This document shows, piece after piece, positions 12,041 through 25,320 of a DNA stretch of 64,000 nucleotides. The DNA is from Vicugna vicugna (lineage: Eukaryota). The translations under genes were made by a program, and so were the position numbers. Location: NCBI GenBank assembly GCA_013265495.1, contig MU058636.1:4127741-4191740 (forward strand), in the 5' to 3' direction. A model generated the notes under the pieces. The model worked only from the letters and a program-made list of their open reading frames with translations, ran no database searches and had not been told where the DNA came from. Numbering within the stretch: position 1 is the stretch's first letter; every line of letters begins with the position of its first letter.

Positions 12041-13563
12041 CTGGTAAATATGCAGTGACCTTCCCTGCCCTCAGGGCAAAGGGGCAGAACCAAGCCTCTT
12101 AAATTTTAAGGAACGGATGTCCTTGACAAAACTGATTTACAAAACTCAATAGTTCTGTTTAGAAAAGTTATTCTAATTTCCATCTTTCCTTATGTTCTCT
12201 AGTGTTTATATATTCCAAGTTCACATCCTTGCTTATTCTTGCATATCTGACCATTCTTTAGAAAAACTCTTTCATTTCTTCTGATACAAATAAAGACCTA
12301 GTTTCTGAGTTGTAGCATCACAGAGAAAAGGCACCTGACAAGTAATATCCCAGGGTCTCAGCGGGCTTTCCTGATTGTCCCTTTCAGTTATCAGTGAAAT
12401 CACTCCCTTTCAAAACATCTTTACTTACTTATTCTTTTGGTAGTGCTTCACTCTTGAGGTAATGAGATGTTATTGTCTCTCTCTCCCAATTAGAAGGTAC
12501 ATTTCATGAAGGCGAGGACCTAGGATAGTGCCTGGCACATAGTAAGTGTTCGATAAACATTTGTTGGAAAATGGGGAAGGGGCTTATTCAGCCAGTGAGA
12601 AGCTTGGAGTGCGTGGCAGGCAGGTCAGAGGGAAGCTGGCTCTCCTCCAGGAAGGAGGAGTCCCAACAGTATAACTGAACACGTGACTGCTCCGGGAACA
12701 AGGGGTACCTGGAGCACCTCTTCCTGCTTCCATCTAGCACCCAATCCAGGTCGGTGAGTCAGCAGATTAATCAGCACCCTTCTCTCTCTCAGCCTCAAAA
12801 GCTGTTCAGAGTAATTGAAAACACTAAGTTTGTTACAAGTGTGGATTAATGAAAACCGCTATCAAACTTTTACGTAAGATTCTTAAATCTGTCATTTATT
12901 TCTCCCTTTCATTTCCTTTTCTAAGGCTTTTGGAAAAAGAAAGAAAGGTGTAAGTGCATGTAGCTAGGATGAAGAGGAGAAGTAAAGATTTAAGTCATCT
13001 GAAAGTGAAGTGGATTTTTTTAAGCGTTAAAAATATTTTGAATGATAGCTTTCCAGTTTAAAAGCCCTGAGGGCAAGGACACTTATATGAAAGTTCACTT
13101 TTTGAACTCAGAAAGTGACAGTTCATTGACTTAATGGATTTTCAACTCAACCAAACTGCCTTTTAAAAAACAACTAATGCTGTCTTTCTCATGACAAGTT
13201 TTTTTTCACCTCAGTGTTTTCATAAGCCCCAAATTCTTTACATTTAGGCAGGCTTCTGTACACGGAGTTCAGTGTGAATGCAAATTGTTCTTAAATTTCT
13301 ATGTCCAAACTACTACTCAGCATTTCTTCCAAAAGCATGCTTTAGGCTGGACCACTGCTTTTTTCTTGTAATATCTCATTAAACTAAATCAACTTTACCC
13401 ACGCTTCAAAACTTGCTTTATAGTAGTAGGAATACTGAAGGTCACCAAGTCACCCCAAGGGCAAAAGGCATAGAATGTGCTAGAAACAACCTTTGCCTGG
13501 TCACAATTTTGTCTACAGCTGGCCCCAACTGGCATTACATGTGAACTGCAGGGAGGCTGTTAC

Positions 13564-13845
13564 CTAAGCAGATAGCGTTTCTGTTGTGAGACATGAGGTG
13601 GCTGTGTGCAACTTCAGAAGGTCCTTTGCACTAAGTTTTATACAGATTGCCCTGGCATTTTTTCAGCAATGTTGTATTCTTGCCAGCAAGTGGCAACCTC
13701 TTGGGTCACCAGGGAACACAAAAGGCAATCTGGGGAGGTGCAGGCAGAGCCCTTGAGGTCTGGTTGGCCAGGCAGGTGTGCTGACGACATGGCTCCTGGG
13801 ACAGGAAGAAGAACAGCCTGTGCACATCCATACAATGTTTTGGAT
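13564..13845 (-). pseudogene. Pseudo-exon, end of stalk coiled coil 2
   Basis: Acceptor ttctcttcag and donor TAG|gtaaca; DLKGSACTSPDCLLCS (cf. DNHD1-type KLKGRCMTVFGDTLLCS and dynein L.GD.LLS); visible in ORF 13638..13904. Confidence 0.6.
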
Positions 13846-16800
13846 CTGAAGAGAACTCCACAGTAGACATCTTGTATACACGTTCCGGAAGAAATGTATA
13901 GCACTTTGTTTACATATTTACAACACCGTTGGAAATGTCCCTCATAGCCACAAGGAGACTGAAGATGTTTAAATTCTGTACCTTCCCGTCAGTGTTCAGG
14001 AAGAGAAAGAGATGAGCTCCGAAGGCATGTATTTCTGCATTCCACGTTCCATATCTGGACGTCAGCCATGCCGTGGTCAAGCAAACCATATCTGATTCTT
14101 ATTAATGCTTTGTGTGCATTCTGGAGGGGGCTTTCCCTTTCAGGAAATATAATTATTATATTTGAAATATTCATGCATCTTCATACTATTCTGGAAAACA
14201 GAGAAGCAGTATCTATCCAACTCCCCTCCCACCACCCACTTCACTCCTCTATTCCCAAATAAGCAAATGGAGTTTTCAATGCACATCACTGTCAATAAGA
14301 AGAGGAGGTGGAGGGGTCGGGTGGGGGATCTGTGTGCACTGCATTGAGCATGGACTGGAGCTCAGGGAAGTGACAAGACACCTTTACTGCCACCAGCCAG
14401 CAGGGTAACATTGGAAAAAGGTAGTTCACATCTGGGGGTCCTGATTTCCTCAACAGTAAAGTAACAAGAGTAGGCCAGCTCTCTTCAAGCTCAAATTCCA
14501 GGATGAGAGTTCAGAAGGCAGCAGAAAGTCACAGCGAGAGTGAAGCACAGTGAGGACTCTTCTTTTTCTTCTCAGAGAGACAATCTGCACTTCTGATGTG
14601 CAATAAAGAACATTCAACAGGTAGACGTTTTGTCTGCACTATGGATATAGCTTCCAAAAGGAAAGGGAGAGAGATAGGAGAGACTAAAACAAGGAAGAGA
14701 GTTTATGATTTAAAAAAGATAAGGAAAATTTATGCCACATCGCAAAATTGTGCATCAAAAGAAACACTTATGGTGTGTGGATTAGGAGGTGAAGAGGTGA
14801 AAGACGATAAATGATTTTTAAAAAGGAGACTGATACAAATCAATCTACACAGTATTTTATATGAGGTATTCCACAATCCAGAGTGCTTAGGAAGTGAGAA
14901 TTTCTAAATGGTCAAGTTTGTTCAGATACCTTAAAACCTTTTAAATTTTATAATTCATTTTTAATGTGAAACCTTCTAAAATGTACATGTGCTTGTTCTA
15001 CGAGACAAAGCACACTACACGGGATACACGGTTGCAGTACAGGGAATCCCTGGGAACACAGGTGACAGTCATTATTCACTGTGTCCAACTCGTTCGCTAT
15101 AACTGTAGGCTCAGATGGAGATGCAGACCACAGTGGACTGTGGGCTGAGGAGCTGCAGACACCAGTTATGGTCCTGAAATGTGTTGTTTTGTTATTATTG
15201 CTACAGAAAGTCCCTGGTATCAATCTGCATAACACTCACGTGCCCCCTTTGCATAAAGGCAGTCAAGGCTATGACAGCTAAATGAATTCCTCAGTAGTTC
15301 AGTGCAGTTGCCTCTAGGAACATTAATGATCTAATTAAAGCAATCTTTCTAATTATTGCTATTAGTCCCTTTTCCTTGTAAGCACTGTTCAGTACACTGT
15401 TACACTCCAACCGCAGACTCCCTGTCAGCATGGGCCATCCTCTCTCTCAATGTCACCTATGGTGCCTCTTTATAGTCACTTCTGCCAGGGCTGTTTGCTC
15501 TGGGGTAGAAAACTACACTAATCTGACAGCCAACCAGGGTCCTCTTTTCCATCTGGCCAGCACTGTGTTAGTATAATCTTCAGGTGTTTGACTCAAAACT
15601 GGGTTTTTTGACAGCTGGGTGTTCAACAGCTGGTGTCTTCTGGCTAATAAGAAAATTAAAATGACTGACAAAACACATCAATCTATCAGCCATTCTACAG
15701 GTACCTAAATATGCATGACTTGTTGGCTATGACACACGTGCCCAACCTCCTCTGAGGAGAACAAGCCTCCACTACATGAGCTCCTGCTCCCACGGTCAGG
15801 CCAGGCCCCCACGGTGGCTGTGGACAGTGGCAGTATGGCTACTCTTTATGGCAGAACCGCTAAGGGGATGTGCTTGTTTGTTTCTCAAGCAAAAAATAAC
15901 AATCCTGAAGCCCTATAACTGATAAGAAGTTATGTCACTAAATTTTGGATTACTTCACTAAACTTTACATATCAATTTGTCTCAAAATAACCCTATGACT
16001 TAAAACCAATAGGACCATTTAAATAGCAACACTTTCAGGGTAGGATCTATTAGAATTGCTAATGTTTCTCTTTGCTTCCTATTGCTTATTTACAGTCAGG
16101 AAGTATTTATTTGCTGCATGCAAAGCAAGCCATTGGAAGTCCTTCAAATTTAGCATGTAGCTTAATGCTTCCCATTAGCCATTCTTATTGCTTTCTTTAT
16201 GTGCACTTTGACTCTCCCCTCACAAATTATTTTCAAATTTCATGTACTTTGCTACTTGCTTTTTTCAATTTTGACTGGCATATTTACTTTGTCCAGAGTG
16301 TTATATAAAAATCCATTAACAGACATTGTACATTATGACTGGCTTCTTAGGGATCAGTACTCTGAAAAGCAAAGTTGTTATTTGCATTTATAGTCTACAT
16401 AAAAGACTAGGATTTTATTCATCAGTCCATTTGTTGCATTTATATTTATTGATGTCCATTTATTTATTTTTAACCATATGGTTTTATACTACTTGCCCAG
16501 AACTGTTAGGATACTGCTATATCCACAGATTATGATTTTTATGTTGGTTCTAATGAACGGAATATAATATTTTTATGAGTAAAATAATGTTTCTCCTACA
16601 AAACCACAATAAAGTCACTTTCAATAGTTAAGCAGGATTAAAAAAAACACTTAATTTCCTTCAAAAAGTTCTTCATCAAATCTAGAAGTGTCTTGGAGTC
16701 AGGTATATCTTATGTCTATTCAGTATGTATAAAAACAAATGCTTCCTTTGTTGAATATTTATCTAATATCTTCTGGGTGATCGTCTCTGAGACACAACTC

Positions 16801-17799
16801 TGCTTTAAAAGCCGTGGAGCTCAGACCTCTTTCCAGCACATCTTAAGAACTGACACTTGGAAATTCACAGCACTACATGCCTGTGTGAAGTGTTCCCAGC
16901 TGCACGGTCCCTCTTTGCGTTTCATCATCAGGGTTTCCACCACTGTTTTATTAACTAGATATCTCACTGCAGGAATGATACAGTTGTAACTTTCACATTT
17001 TAAGTAAATCCATGTCTAAGAGACATTAACCAACAAAGTGTAAGAGGGTCTTTATCCAGGAAATTCTGGTCACAGTCTGACTGGAGTTCTTAAGTAGCTG
17101 CAGGGTGTGATGTTGACTTTCATTTAGCAATTTTTTAAAAATCCCAGTTTAAATTTAGTTTCATTTAGCATATTTTTGTGTTTCTTTAAAACCATTTTTA
17201 CTTTTGGTTCAAATTCAGGCACATTCAGAAAGGGAAAAAAGAGGCTTGTGTTTTATGATGGTATAACATAGTGTGGAAATGTTTAATGTCTTCGTAACTT
17301 GAGATTTATACCACTATCTAATTCCAGAAGAGATTCGAGGTGGTACATGGAGATGTTGACTTTGCTCTTATCTGGGTGCCTTAAAATGTAATTTATGCTG
17401 GTTGTTTTGTCCCATATATTTGCCACCTCTTGGCATTTGGTGATTAATGTCTGTAAGTGGAACAAAACTTACACTGCGGGTATAAAACATCCTCCTGTCT
17501 ATGAGGTCTTGGCAAGCACTGAGACAACTGCAAGAGGAAATAGTCTGAAATGTACACTAAGTGCAAAAGAGCTGAAGGGCTATTTTAATCTTAAAGATGA
17601 ACTCAGACTGAAAGATAAAATCACCTCCTACTGGGCATTTCCATCAGGAAACCACAGAGCTCGTCCCAACGCAGCCTAGTGACTGATCCCAGCTTGCGGT
17701 CAAGAGGTGGCAGCAAGACACTTCAGACGGGCAATGTGGCAATCTGCCACTAGACTGAGAGGCAAAGTCCATGGCAAGGAGACTAATGTTAGACAGAAG

Positions 17800-18112
17800 C
17801 AGTGAGACAGAGAATCAGGTCAGGCTGGAGAACGTTCTGGATGACCTCAGGACTGCCAGGAAGCAGGAGAAGGAGCACGCTGGGTCAGGGCACACCAGGA
17901 GCCCAAAAGGGTCAGAGACAGAGTCAGCCTTCCTGAGGAAGGGCAGGTCCTTTCGGAACAACCTGTGTTTCTGGACTTCTGGTGTGTTCCAGGTGGTGCA
18001 GGAAGTCTGCTGCCCTGAGAAACCCAACTGACGTAAAGTCCTAGAAATGTGGCCAGCTCTCTGAGGAAAGCCAAATCCTTCTTCTTTGAGAGTCCTTTCT
18101 TCCCATGGCTCA
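17800..18112 (-). pseudogene. Pseudo-exon, microtubule-binding domain
   Basis: Acceptor ttttggttttag; LRELATFLGLYVSWVS / ADFLHHLEH / LLGSWCALTQ across frameshifts (cf. EAVCILLG..W..AK, FL..L, SLC.WV.A); 3' end approximate. Confidence 0.5.
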
Positions 18113-19158
18113 CTAAAACCAAAATGTACCTTAATGTCTCTGGGCCTCAGTTTTCTCATCTGTAAGATGCAGGTGTTGAACTAAAAAATCCCTACTGTAT
18201 CTTCCAGATCTGTTTCTGTGGAAACAAAACAAAATAAATAACTGAGACAGGAAAAAAATCAAAAGAAATTACTACACAAGACAGGAAAGGAGGTAGAATT
18301 TTCTGAAGAGGTGAAAGTTGCTAACGGGCAGAAAGAAAGCTTGGCCAAAGGACGGGAGTATAGTAGACCAGACACGGGCAAGGATGGGAGGTATGCCTCC
18401 AGAGGCAACGTCCACACTCTGCTCTGGCATCACAGAGGGGCCAGGAGGAGGTGGGGCTCAGCCTGAAGCCACCTAAGGTCAAGTTCCAAACGAAACTGCC
18501 CAATGCAACCACTGCTAACAGCATCCTCTTCCTGGCGAGAGGCAGTGCCTACACTAATCATCTCCGTTACACATGTTATGGGATATCTGGGGCCATGAAG
18601 CGTCCTAGGAGTGGCCCTTTCACAAACTATTTAAAATTGAGACTCGTCTGGAAGATCTAAGATGAATAGACACCAGAGTGGGTAGATGCCACACAAACCA
18701 CTGGACAGGAGAAAGGCATACACGTAATTCCTTCCTGACCAGAGAGGCCTGTAGACGAGGTCTTTCTGAGTGACGTGAGATTAGAATGATGAGGTGCCAA
18801 GCACTGAGAAGTAAGTTTTATTTATTTTATTTTCCTGTTTTACAACCACAAAGACAGCTGAGAAGGGAAGCATAATGTTGGCTGATGGCTTATTTTAGTG
18901 AATAAAATGAGAAGGCTGATAAGGAGATGAAAGACTTGTACACACGGCTAAATGCCCCTCGGATCACGCCTAACAAGTCAAGTTCATTTGGGCAAACACA
19001 GAAAAAAAGTAAACCTTGAACTTAGTCCAAGATTTAGAATGAATTTAAAGAAAAAAATCAATCAGCCACACTCATTTTTCATAACTTCAGTGTCATATTA
19101 AGAATATTTTGACATACCTAAGCTTCTGTAAGTTAAAACAACCGTTTTGAGCAGCCAC

Positions 19159-19763
19159 CTTATTTTAGCTTCCTCAAATACTGATACAATGTCAAGACAG
19201 AACCAAGATCTTGAATGGGATGATCAAGACTTCCTATTTGAAAGAAGGTAATTTTCCACTTAATTTTAATCGAATGGTCTTTCACTGCATTTGGTTCAGG
19301 TTATAGAATTCATAGGCTCAGTATTTAAAAACAGGTTTCTTTTTGATGTTGGTTTTTCTTATTTAAGTGTCACAATCCACTAAAAACTGCAGTTTGTTAA
19401 TTTTCCTCATTTCTTCACTTTTCCTCTTCACTGCTCCATTTTACATCCACTGTTTTCAAAATCCTATTTTTTTTCAGTGATGCCTTAATTTCTTACTGCT
19501 TGCCACTTTTTGAATATTACGGCATTTTGATGATTTTGTTCTCACTGGTTTGATGTACTTCTTTGTTCCTGTATCTTAGCCCTGTGTTGAAAGCTCCATG
19601 TCCTCTCATAAAACGTCATTTGGGAAAATTAGGCTTTGATATTTTCCAACTCTTTTATTTTTTTCTTTAACATTTCTTGCTACCTCATGTTTTTAGAATG
19701 GTACTTTTGCCAAATCTCAAGTGTTGCCAAAAGAAATCAATCAACATTTTCTCTAGAATTTAT
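19159..19763 (-). pseudogene. Pseudo-exon, stalk coiled coil 1
   Basis: Acceptor ttttatttccaag and donor AG|gtggct; INSRENVD*FLLATL.., heptad-like EVARNVKEKIKELENIK, ends CLDIVSVFEEAKI (cf. QLQVADFEEIRS). Confidence 0.5.
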
Positions 19764-20117
19764 CTTGGAAATAAAAAGATAATAAATTTCCCCATGCGAA
19801 AAAAAGGGAACATAAGATCGTTCCTGTGTTCATCATGGTCAATTCAGATTTTGGATTTGAAAATAATGTTTCAACACAAGGGGAATTTATGAACAAAAGG
19901 CTATAAAGAAAATACTCAAGAATTACTTTTTATAATTAGTTATATGATACAGAAGAACAGTCATGTGATAGCCAGATTTTACAGAAATACTTTTTGACTG
20001 GCGTAGCCTATACAACACTTCTGACATTTAAAATAATACTGTCTTGTCTGAAGGGTGAAAGCAGAACATTCTTAACTGTATTAAGACAAACATGAGCTTC
20101 TTATTCTATTTACATAC

Positions 20118-20700
20118 CTCCTGTCTGCTCACAAACGTCAGCAAAAATAATCACTAAAATGCATATTGAAAGAATAGGTATCCTGATAGATGAAATTCCC
20201 ACATCTTCTGTGAGAACATCTCCTTCGGTTTTGCATCCTTAGAAAAGCCTTTGCAAGTAACCTAGGTCTTGGAATGAAAGCTGAGGTGAAATCCAACTAA
20301 CTACATAGTAACAACGTTAATGAGAAGGGGTCTGCTTATTTTTCCCTCTGGAGTGTCGTCATTTTAACACCAGAAGTTTCAAAGCAATTTCTTTTTTCAT
20401 TATGAGCTCCCAGAAGCTATAAAATTGGATATAAGCAATGGAGAAGATTTATTATCAAAGTTATGTATGGACTTGCCTATTCCAAGAGACCTGATAGAGT
20501 CAGATACCACAGTGATGTTCTTGGACAATTATCTTGGAAATTTTTTGTTTGTTTTGTATAAAATCAACACTTTATCATCTATCCAAATATGTTACAGCGT
20601 GGCAAAAACAGCCTTAGAAATATTTCCATCGTTAGTAACTACGTATAACTACTTGAAAGTTCTTAGTGCCTCTAAGATCTCCCACTCCAGTCTTCTCTTT
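20118..20700 (-). pseudogene. Pseudo-exon, AAA4
   Basis: Donor GAG|gtatgt; PLLINV / CYYVVSWISP / LLAKAFL / NMHFS (cf. FPSLVNCCTIDWF.PW..AL..VA.FL..H.S); 5' end approximate. Confidence 0.5.
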
Positions 20701-20989
20701 ATATTTTATTTTAAAAATAATATTGTCTCCTTTTAAATTGTGTTTTTAAAGTAATATAGGAATATATTCTCTCTCAGAAAAATTCAGACATTATGAATTA
20801 AGCTTGTGTTCCTCAACCTTTCACTTCCAGTCCTGGTTCCCTTCCTAGAGTTAATCACTGTTAACCATTTATTGTGTATAATTCCAGACCTTTTATTTCT
20901 TCTGTGCTTTCTTATCTGTATCTGTATCTATAGTCATATAGTCATTTGACCCACTGGGTACTATAAGCATCATAAAAAATGTGTCTACC

Positions 20990-21545
20990 CACTTCTCAGG
21001 GATATTTTGTATTGCCTCTAAAATATAAAAAGAAAACTAAACAACTGAAAATAATGTTTCAGACTAGTAAATTTAATGTTGTCAAACTCAGTATTCATTA
21101 ACAAGTCATAAATACTTGAAAACAACAGGAAGGTTAGATTCTCCTTGTGTCACAAATGTTCTCAAATATGAGTAATTAATGAAAAACCACAGCTAGCTGC
21201 AAATTAAATTAATTATAACCAAATCTTTTCAAAAGCAAAATCACAAAAGTTCTTCCTATTTTTGCAATAAAAATTTGTATTTAATTTGAGTAATACGTTC
21301 CAAGTTAGGGGGAGTAGTGTCTTCAAAATTTAAGATTGACTAGAGCCTATAAACTTCTTGAAACAGCCCAGTACAAATATATAGCATTATCTAGTATATG
21401 TATTTTTCTAAGTTGCTTTTATTCACTCAAATGGCTTAGAGATTTTCAACATGAGTAGATCCATATCCACCCGCTTGCTCTGTAACCGAGTAGTAACATT
21501 TCACAATGCCAGCTGGTAAGTGGAGGGTATGGTCATGTGGGTTAT
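20990..21545 (-). pseudogene. Pseudo-exon, AAA3 lid
   Basis: Acceptor ggttttcacag; one frame with scattered stops: YIFVLGCFKKF..LLPLTWNVLLKLNTNFYCKNRKNFCDFAFEKI (cf. IF...L..AT..Y....LPTP.K.HY.FNLRD). Confidence 0.5.
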
Positions 21546-21699
21546 CTGTGAAAACCACTGGATAAAGTTGGTACTTAAAGACTATGAAGTATAAATAAAA
21601 TTAAGAACTACGTGTGATTAAAAATAAGAGCCCCCCAAAAAGGCAGATATCATAGCACACAACAGGAAGCCTAGAGGGGGCGAAATAATGGCATGGATG

Positions 21700-22500
21700 G
21701 TAACTCACTCACTTATTCTCTCAGTAAGTGTTGTTGAGATTCTAGCACGCGCTCCTCACTGCGCCAGGCAGTGGGGATTCAGTGCCCAGCACACTCTGTC
21801 TAGCACTATATATACATATATATCACCACCACGTAAAGTGGTCCCATCTTTATGGAGTTTATAGCCTCACAGGAGAGACGTTACACAATAATGCATGATG
21901 GCTTCTTACAGGGCAAGTAGAGCGTGTCCTAACTTACTTTACGGGTTCAGCAAGGTCCCTCAAAGGAAGGGAAATTTAAGTGGAGGTGGGGGAATGAGTA
22001 GGGTTTTGCCCAGTCACGTGGAGGTGTCAATCTGGACTGGGGGTAGAAATGGCATTACAGGCCCAGCACATGGGAAAGCCTATAAGCAAGAGGGAAGATG
22101 GCCACATACATAAGGAGGTAAACAGGAAAGGAGGCAGGGAAGCTGGGCAGATGTCACAGTCTGGAGGGCTTTGAAAGCCAGGTAGGGGGTTGAGTCTTAC
22201 ATCTAAAGGCAATGGACAGTCATTAAAGGGTTTTGAGCAGGTCTGTGGCCTGGCAAAAGCTGTCTCCAAGCAACAGAACTAGAGTGACTGTGTGATGGTG
22301 ATTGGAGAGATGCAAACCTAGACCAGGGAGACCAGTGTGGAGATTGTCTCAATAATCCAGACAAGAGATGAAGATCTGGACTAGGGGGAATGAGAAAAGC
22401 TCACTTACTCAAGAGACAGTAAGAGGCAGAACTGGGAAGAGTGGTGGTGGAGAGTGAGAGATGATTGATGCCTGAATTTCTGACTTCAGAGATGAGAACC
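21700..22500. mobile_element. L2 LINE fragment
   Basis: L2-type aggcaatggacagtcattaaagggttttgagcagg and aataatccagacaagagatga. Confidence 0.65.
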
Positions 22501-22548
22501 AGAGTGGACCAGAAATCATATTTTACCCTGACTCATTAAGGTTCTTAC

Positions 22549-22801
22549 CCATTCCTTAGTGAGGGTACACTAGAGAACGGTATCAGAATCTGGTTCTTCG
22601 TATGTTAGAATGAGTAGTAAAGAGTACATACTTTGACTCTAGAACAAAGTTGTTCATTTTCGATAATTTATTTTTGTTGTTGCTGCCATCTTAAAGGATA
22701 CCCTGCACTGTGTAGCTAAGTTTGGGTCCCCCACCTTACAATTAATAGTTATTTAAATCTTGGAGTAAGCAAACTATGTGAGGACTGTTACAGAATTCTG
22801 A
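22549..22801 (-). pseudogene. Pseudo-exon, AAA3 Walker B
   Basis: Acceptor cctccttaag and donor TGG|gtaaga; PHIVCLLQDLNN..KLSYTVQGIL*DG (cf. LLFLLEDLH / VVFVDDLNMP..E.LRQ..D.G). Confidence 0.55.
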
Positions 22802-23030
22802 CTTAAGGAGGTTTATTTCTATTTGGCTAAGTTCTGTGTTTCAACTTGACATGTGTAAACTTCTATGACTCTCATTACAGTCCTCTAAACTTGGAAGGGC
22901 AGATATTATCCGCTTCCCTTTACAAAAGAGAAAGTTTAAGTGACATACATAAAGTAAGGTGGACCCAGAATATTTGACTCAAGTTTTGAGAATTCTTTCT
23001 AGTTTAACGCTCTCCCATCCCCAGCTCAAC

Positions 23031-23277
23031 TCAAAAGCTGGAAAAGGCCCAGCTGGGAGGGGAAGGGCTGCTACGGGCGGCTAAAGCAGGGAGGCCAGGA
23101 GGAAGAGCGGGAAGCACTCCGGTCGGGGGGAGAAACCGAGAGACTGAATCCCGGTGCAACTGTTTTACCAGAAGTTTCCTGGGCCTGTGCTGAGACCACA
23201 CAGCTTCATTTGTCAGATGACATCCAAACGGGATGAGAGATTGCATGAAAACGTTTGAAATAATTACGTTTTTCACT
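23031..23277 (-). pseudogene. Pseudo-exon, AAA2 lid
   Basis: Acceptor ctgctcctcag; open frame VKNVIISNVFMQSLIPFGCHLTNEAVW..LHRDSVSRF (cf. DNHD1-type FLFALIWGFGAHL..FIRDSISR). Confidence 0.65.
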
Positions 23278-23571
23278 CTGAGGAGCAGTGTACCTTAAGT
23301 GTCTAATCTTGAAAATGGGTGTCTCTGAGCACTTGGGGGCAGGACTGAGGTAAGAGCTGAGTCTGGGAGCCCACACAGTTCCTCAGCACAGGACAGGAGC
23401 TCAGGCTGCTGGGTGGTGACACCTGCTTGCTGTACCACCAGCTGGACATGAGACAGTCTCCAAGCTCCCCTCCAGGGGACGCTAATTCTGAGAGCCAGGT
23501 GCCTTCACTTCACACGCGAAAAAGTGTGAAAAAATGTCCTTTAAGGCCCATGTACACATTTGCAAGGCAGT

Positions 23572-23653
23572 TTGATGAAGTTTTGGTCACAAAGCTCGGG
23601 GTGGGGGGTGTGTTGATGAAATTTTGGTCACAAAGCTCAGGGTGTGTGTGTGG
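23572..23653. repeat. 41-bp tandem duplication (2 imperfect copies)
   Basis: ttgatgaa(g/a)ttttggtcacaaagctc(g/a)gggtg.. twice. Confidence 0.85.
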
Positions 23654-23729
23654 GGGGTGTGGGTGTGTGTCGCTTGAGTTTTTGGATTTTTGTTTTGGTT
23701 GTTTTGATTTTTTTTTAAATATGGCTACT

Positions 23730-24262
23730 CATACAAGTGAGAGATTGACTAGCATTCTCCAGTGGAAAACTGACTGTTCTGGCTTCATGAGGGCATGGCC
23801 TGCTGTGTAAGAAATAAGCGATATACTGCGTTTTCTAAATGAAATCATTTTGTGAAAAGGTCTTTTCTTGTGCACATGCTCCTCAGTATTATGTACAAAA
23901 GATCTCAGTCAAATGACAACACTACTATTTTAAGAACTGTCTAAATATGTAGGCAAAGTAGAATCTGTAAATTTATGAAAAGCAGCTCCCCTCGTCCTAG
24001 TCCTCCCCCTTTTGATTTCTTTGGAGACATTTCAGAGAGGCTTGGTGATAATTTTGCTTGGAGAGCATTTCATGGTCAATTTAGAGTGCATAAATCTTGT
24101 TGTTTAAAAATGTCAAGCCAATTACTGCCTTCTGAAGCTGCAGAGCCTGCCAGCAGGACACATTTGTGCTCTCTCTTCTTGGCCCCCGTAGGTCCCAGAT
24201 CAGAATAAAGTGCCTGGCCCACCTGGCTCTCATGCGGCACAGCATTTGGAGACACGATGATG
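23730..24262 (-). pseudogene. Pseudo-exon, AAA2 core
   Basis: HKCVLLAGSAASEGSNWLDIFKQQ (cf. GILLLGPAGSGKTTCW.SLFK), followed by IVVLSFD* (Walker B position) and FHLEN. Confidence 0.6.
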
Positions 24263-25031
24263 CTACACCCACAGGAGTCCCAAACAGGAAAGACGGGGAA
24301 GACTGGGTTCTATGATACATACAGAGGTGCCCTGATGTGTTTCTTTGATTCTAAACCAGAAGTCTGGGAACTGGCAGCCTCTGCCCACAGAAAGATACAT
24401 TTTGTCCACACAGTGTTTTTCTTTTGAAAAAGAATGACTCACCAGTAATTCAATATTGTGATATTTTATATTAAAATCTAGATTTCAGCTTCTCTAGAAA
24501 AATCCGAAGATCTAGTGACACTGGGTTTCCACCCCTACTTGGCAACAACCAGCTGTGGACATGAGGCCGACGCTCTATCCTTTGCCACATTCCTCACAGT
24601 CATTAGCATCTTGCTCTAATCACTGTGCTTGCACTGTTGTGCTGATTTCTCACACCAGACTGGCTTTGCTCATTTACCTTCCCTGCTCCCATCCACAGGC
24701 AATTAAATTTGTGACTTCTGTTCTAGTATACTTTATTTAAAAACTTTGCTTTGGCTTTAACTGCCTTGCTTTAAGCAAACAAGAAATAAGTCCCTGTCCT
24801 GTTGACTTTACACGTAAGCTGGAAAAAAGGCATAATCATTCATTCATTTAACATTTCTCAAGCACTTGCTGTGTTCGAGGCATTGGGCTAGACCCTGGGA
24901 TACGACAAAAAATAATCCCAGTCCTTGCCCTCATGATTGTACAGTCCAATTATAATTTCATTATTATAATATGATAAATATAGTTCAATTATAAAAATGG
25001 TAAATATTTGCTATAAGAAAATAAATAGTTG

Positions 25032-25320
25032 CTATAGGAAAGTGGAAAATGAATCTTTATATAGAACAACCAAGGAAACTTTCCAAAATATAAGACACGC
25101 TCTTTGCTCTTGGAGTGAGTGGGTGATGTGATGCTCTGAAGTATACTGATGCTGCAAAACTGAAAGATGTTGGTCATGAATCACCTGGAATATTTGTTTC
25201 CTGAGATCAGAACTCAAACTGTTAAGCTGTAACGAACCATCCTTTGGTGACTGCGAAGTCATCTCATGATGTCACTGGACCTCAAAATTGTCTTCAGGAA
25301 TATCAGGCTTCACTGCTCAT
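25032..25320 (-). pseudogene. Pseudo-exon remnant, AAA1 lid
   Basis: AVKPDI.. then ORF LRKQIFQVIHDQHLSVL..SLQEQRACL; abuts a MIR; boundaries approximate. Confidence 0.35.

Noticed and set aside
19169..19247. Plus-strand exon-like block (ttttag..AAG|gtaatt) reading MSRQNQDLEWDDQDFLFER
   Set aside because: No partner exons or recognisable protein; it overlaps the better-supported minus-strand pseudo-exon
20660..20700. TGVGDLRGTK as the AAA4 P-loop
   Set aside because: Position fits, but it borders an old L1-like fragment and the match is too short to claim
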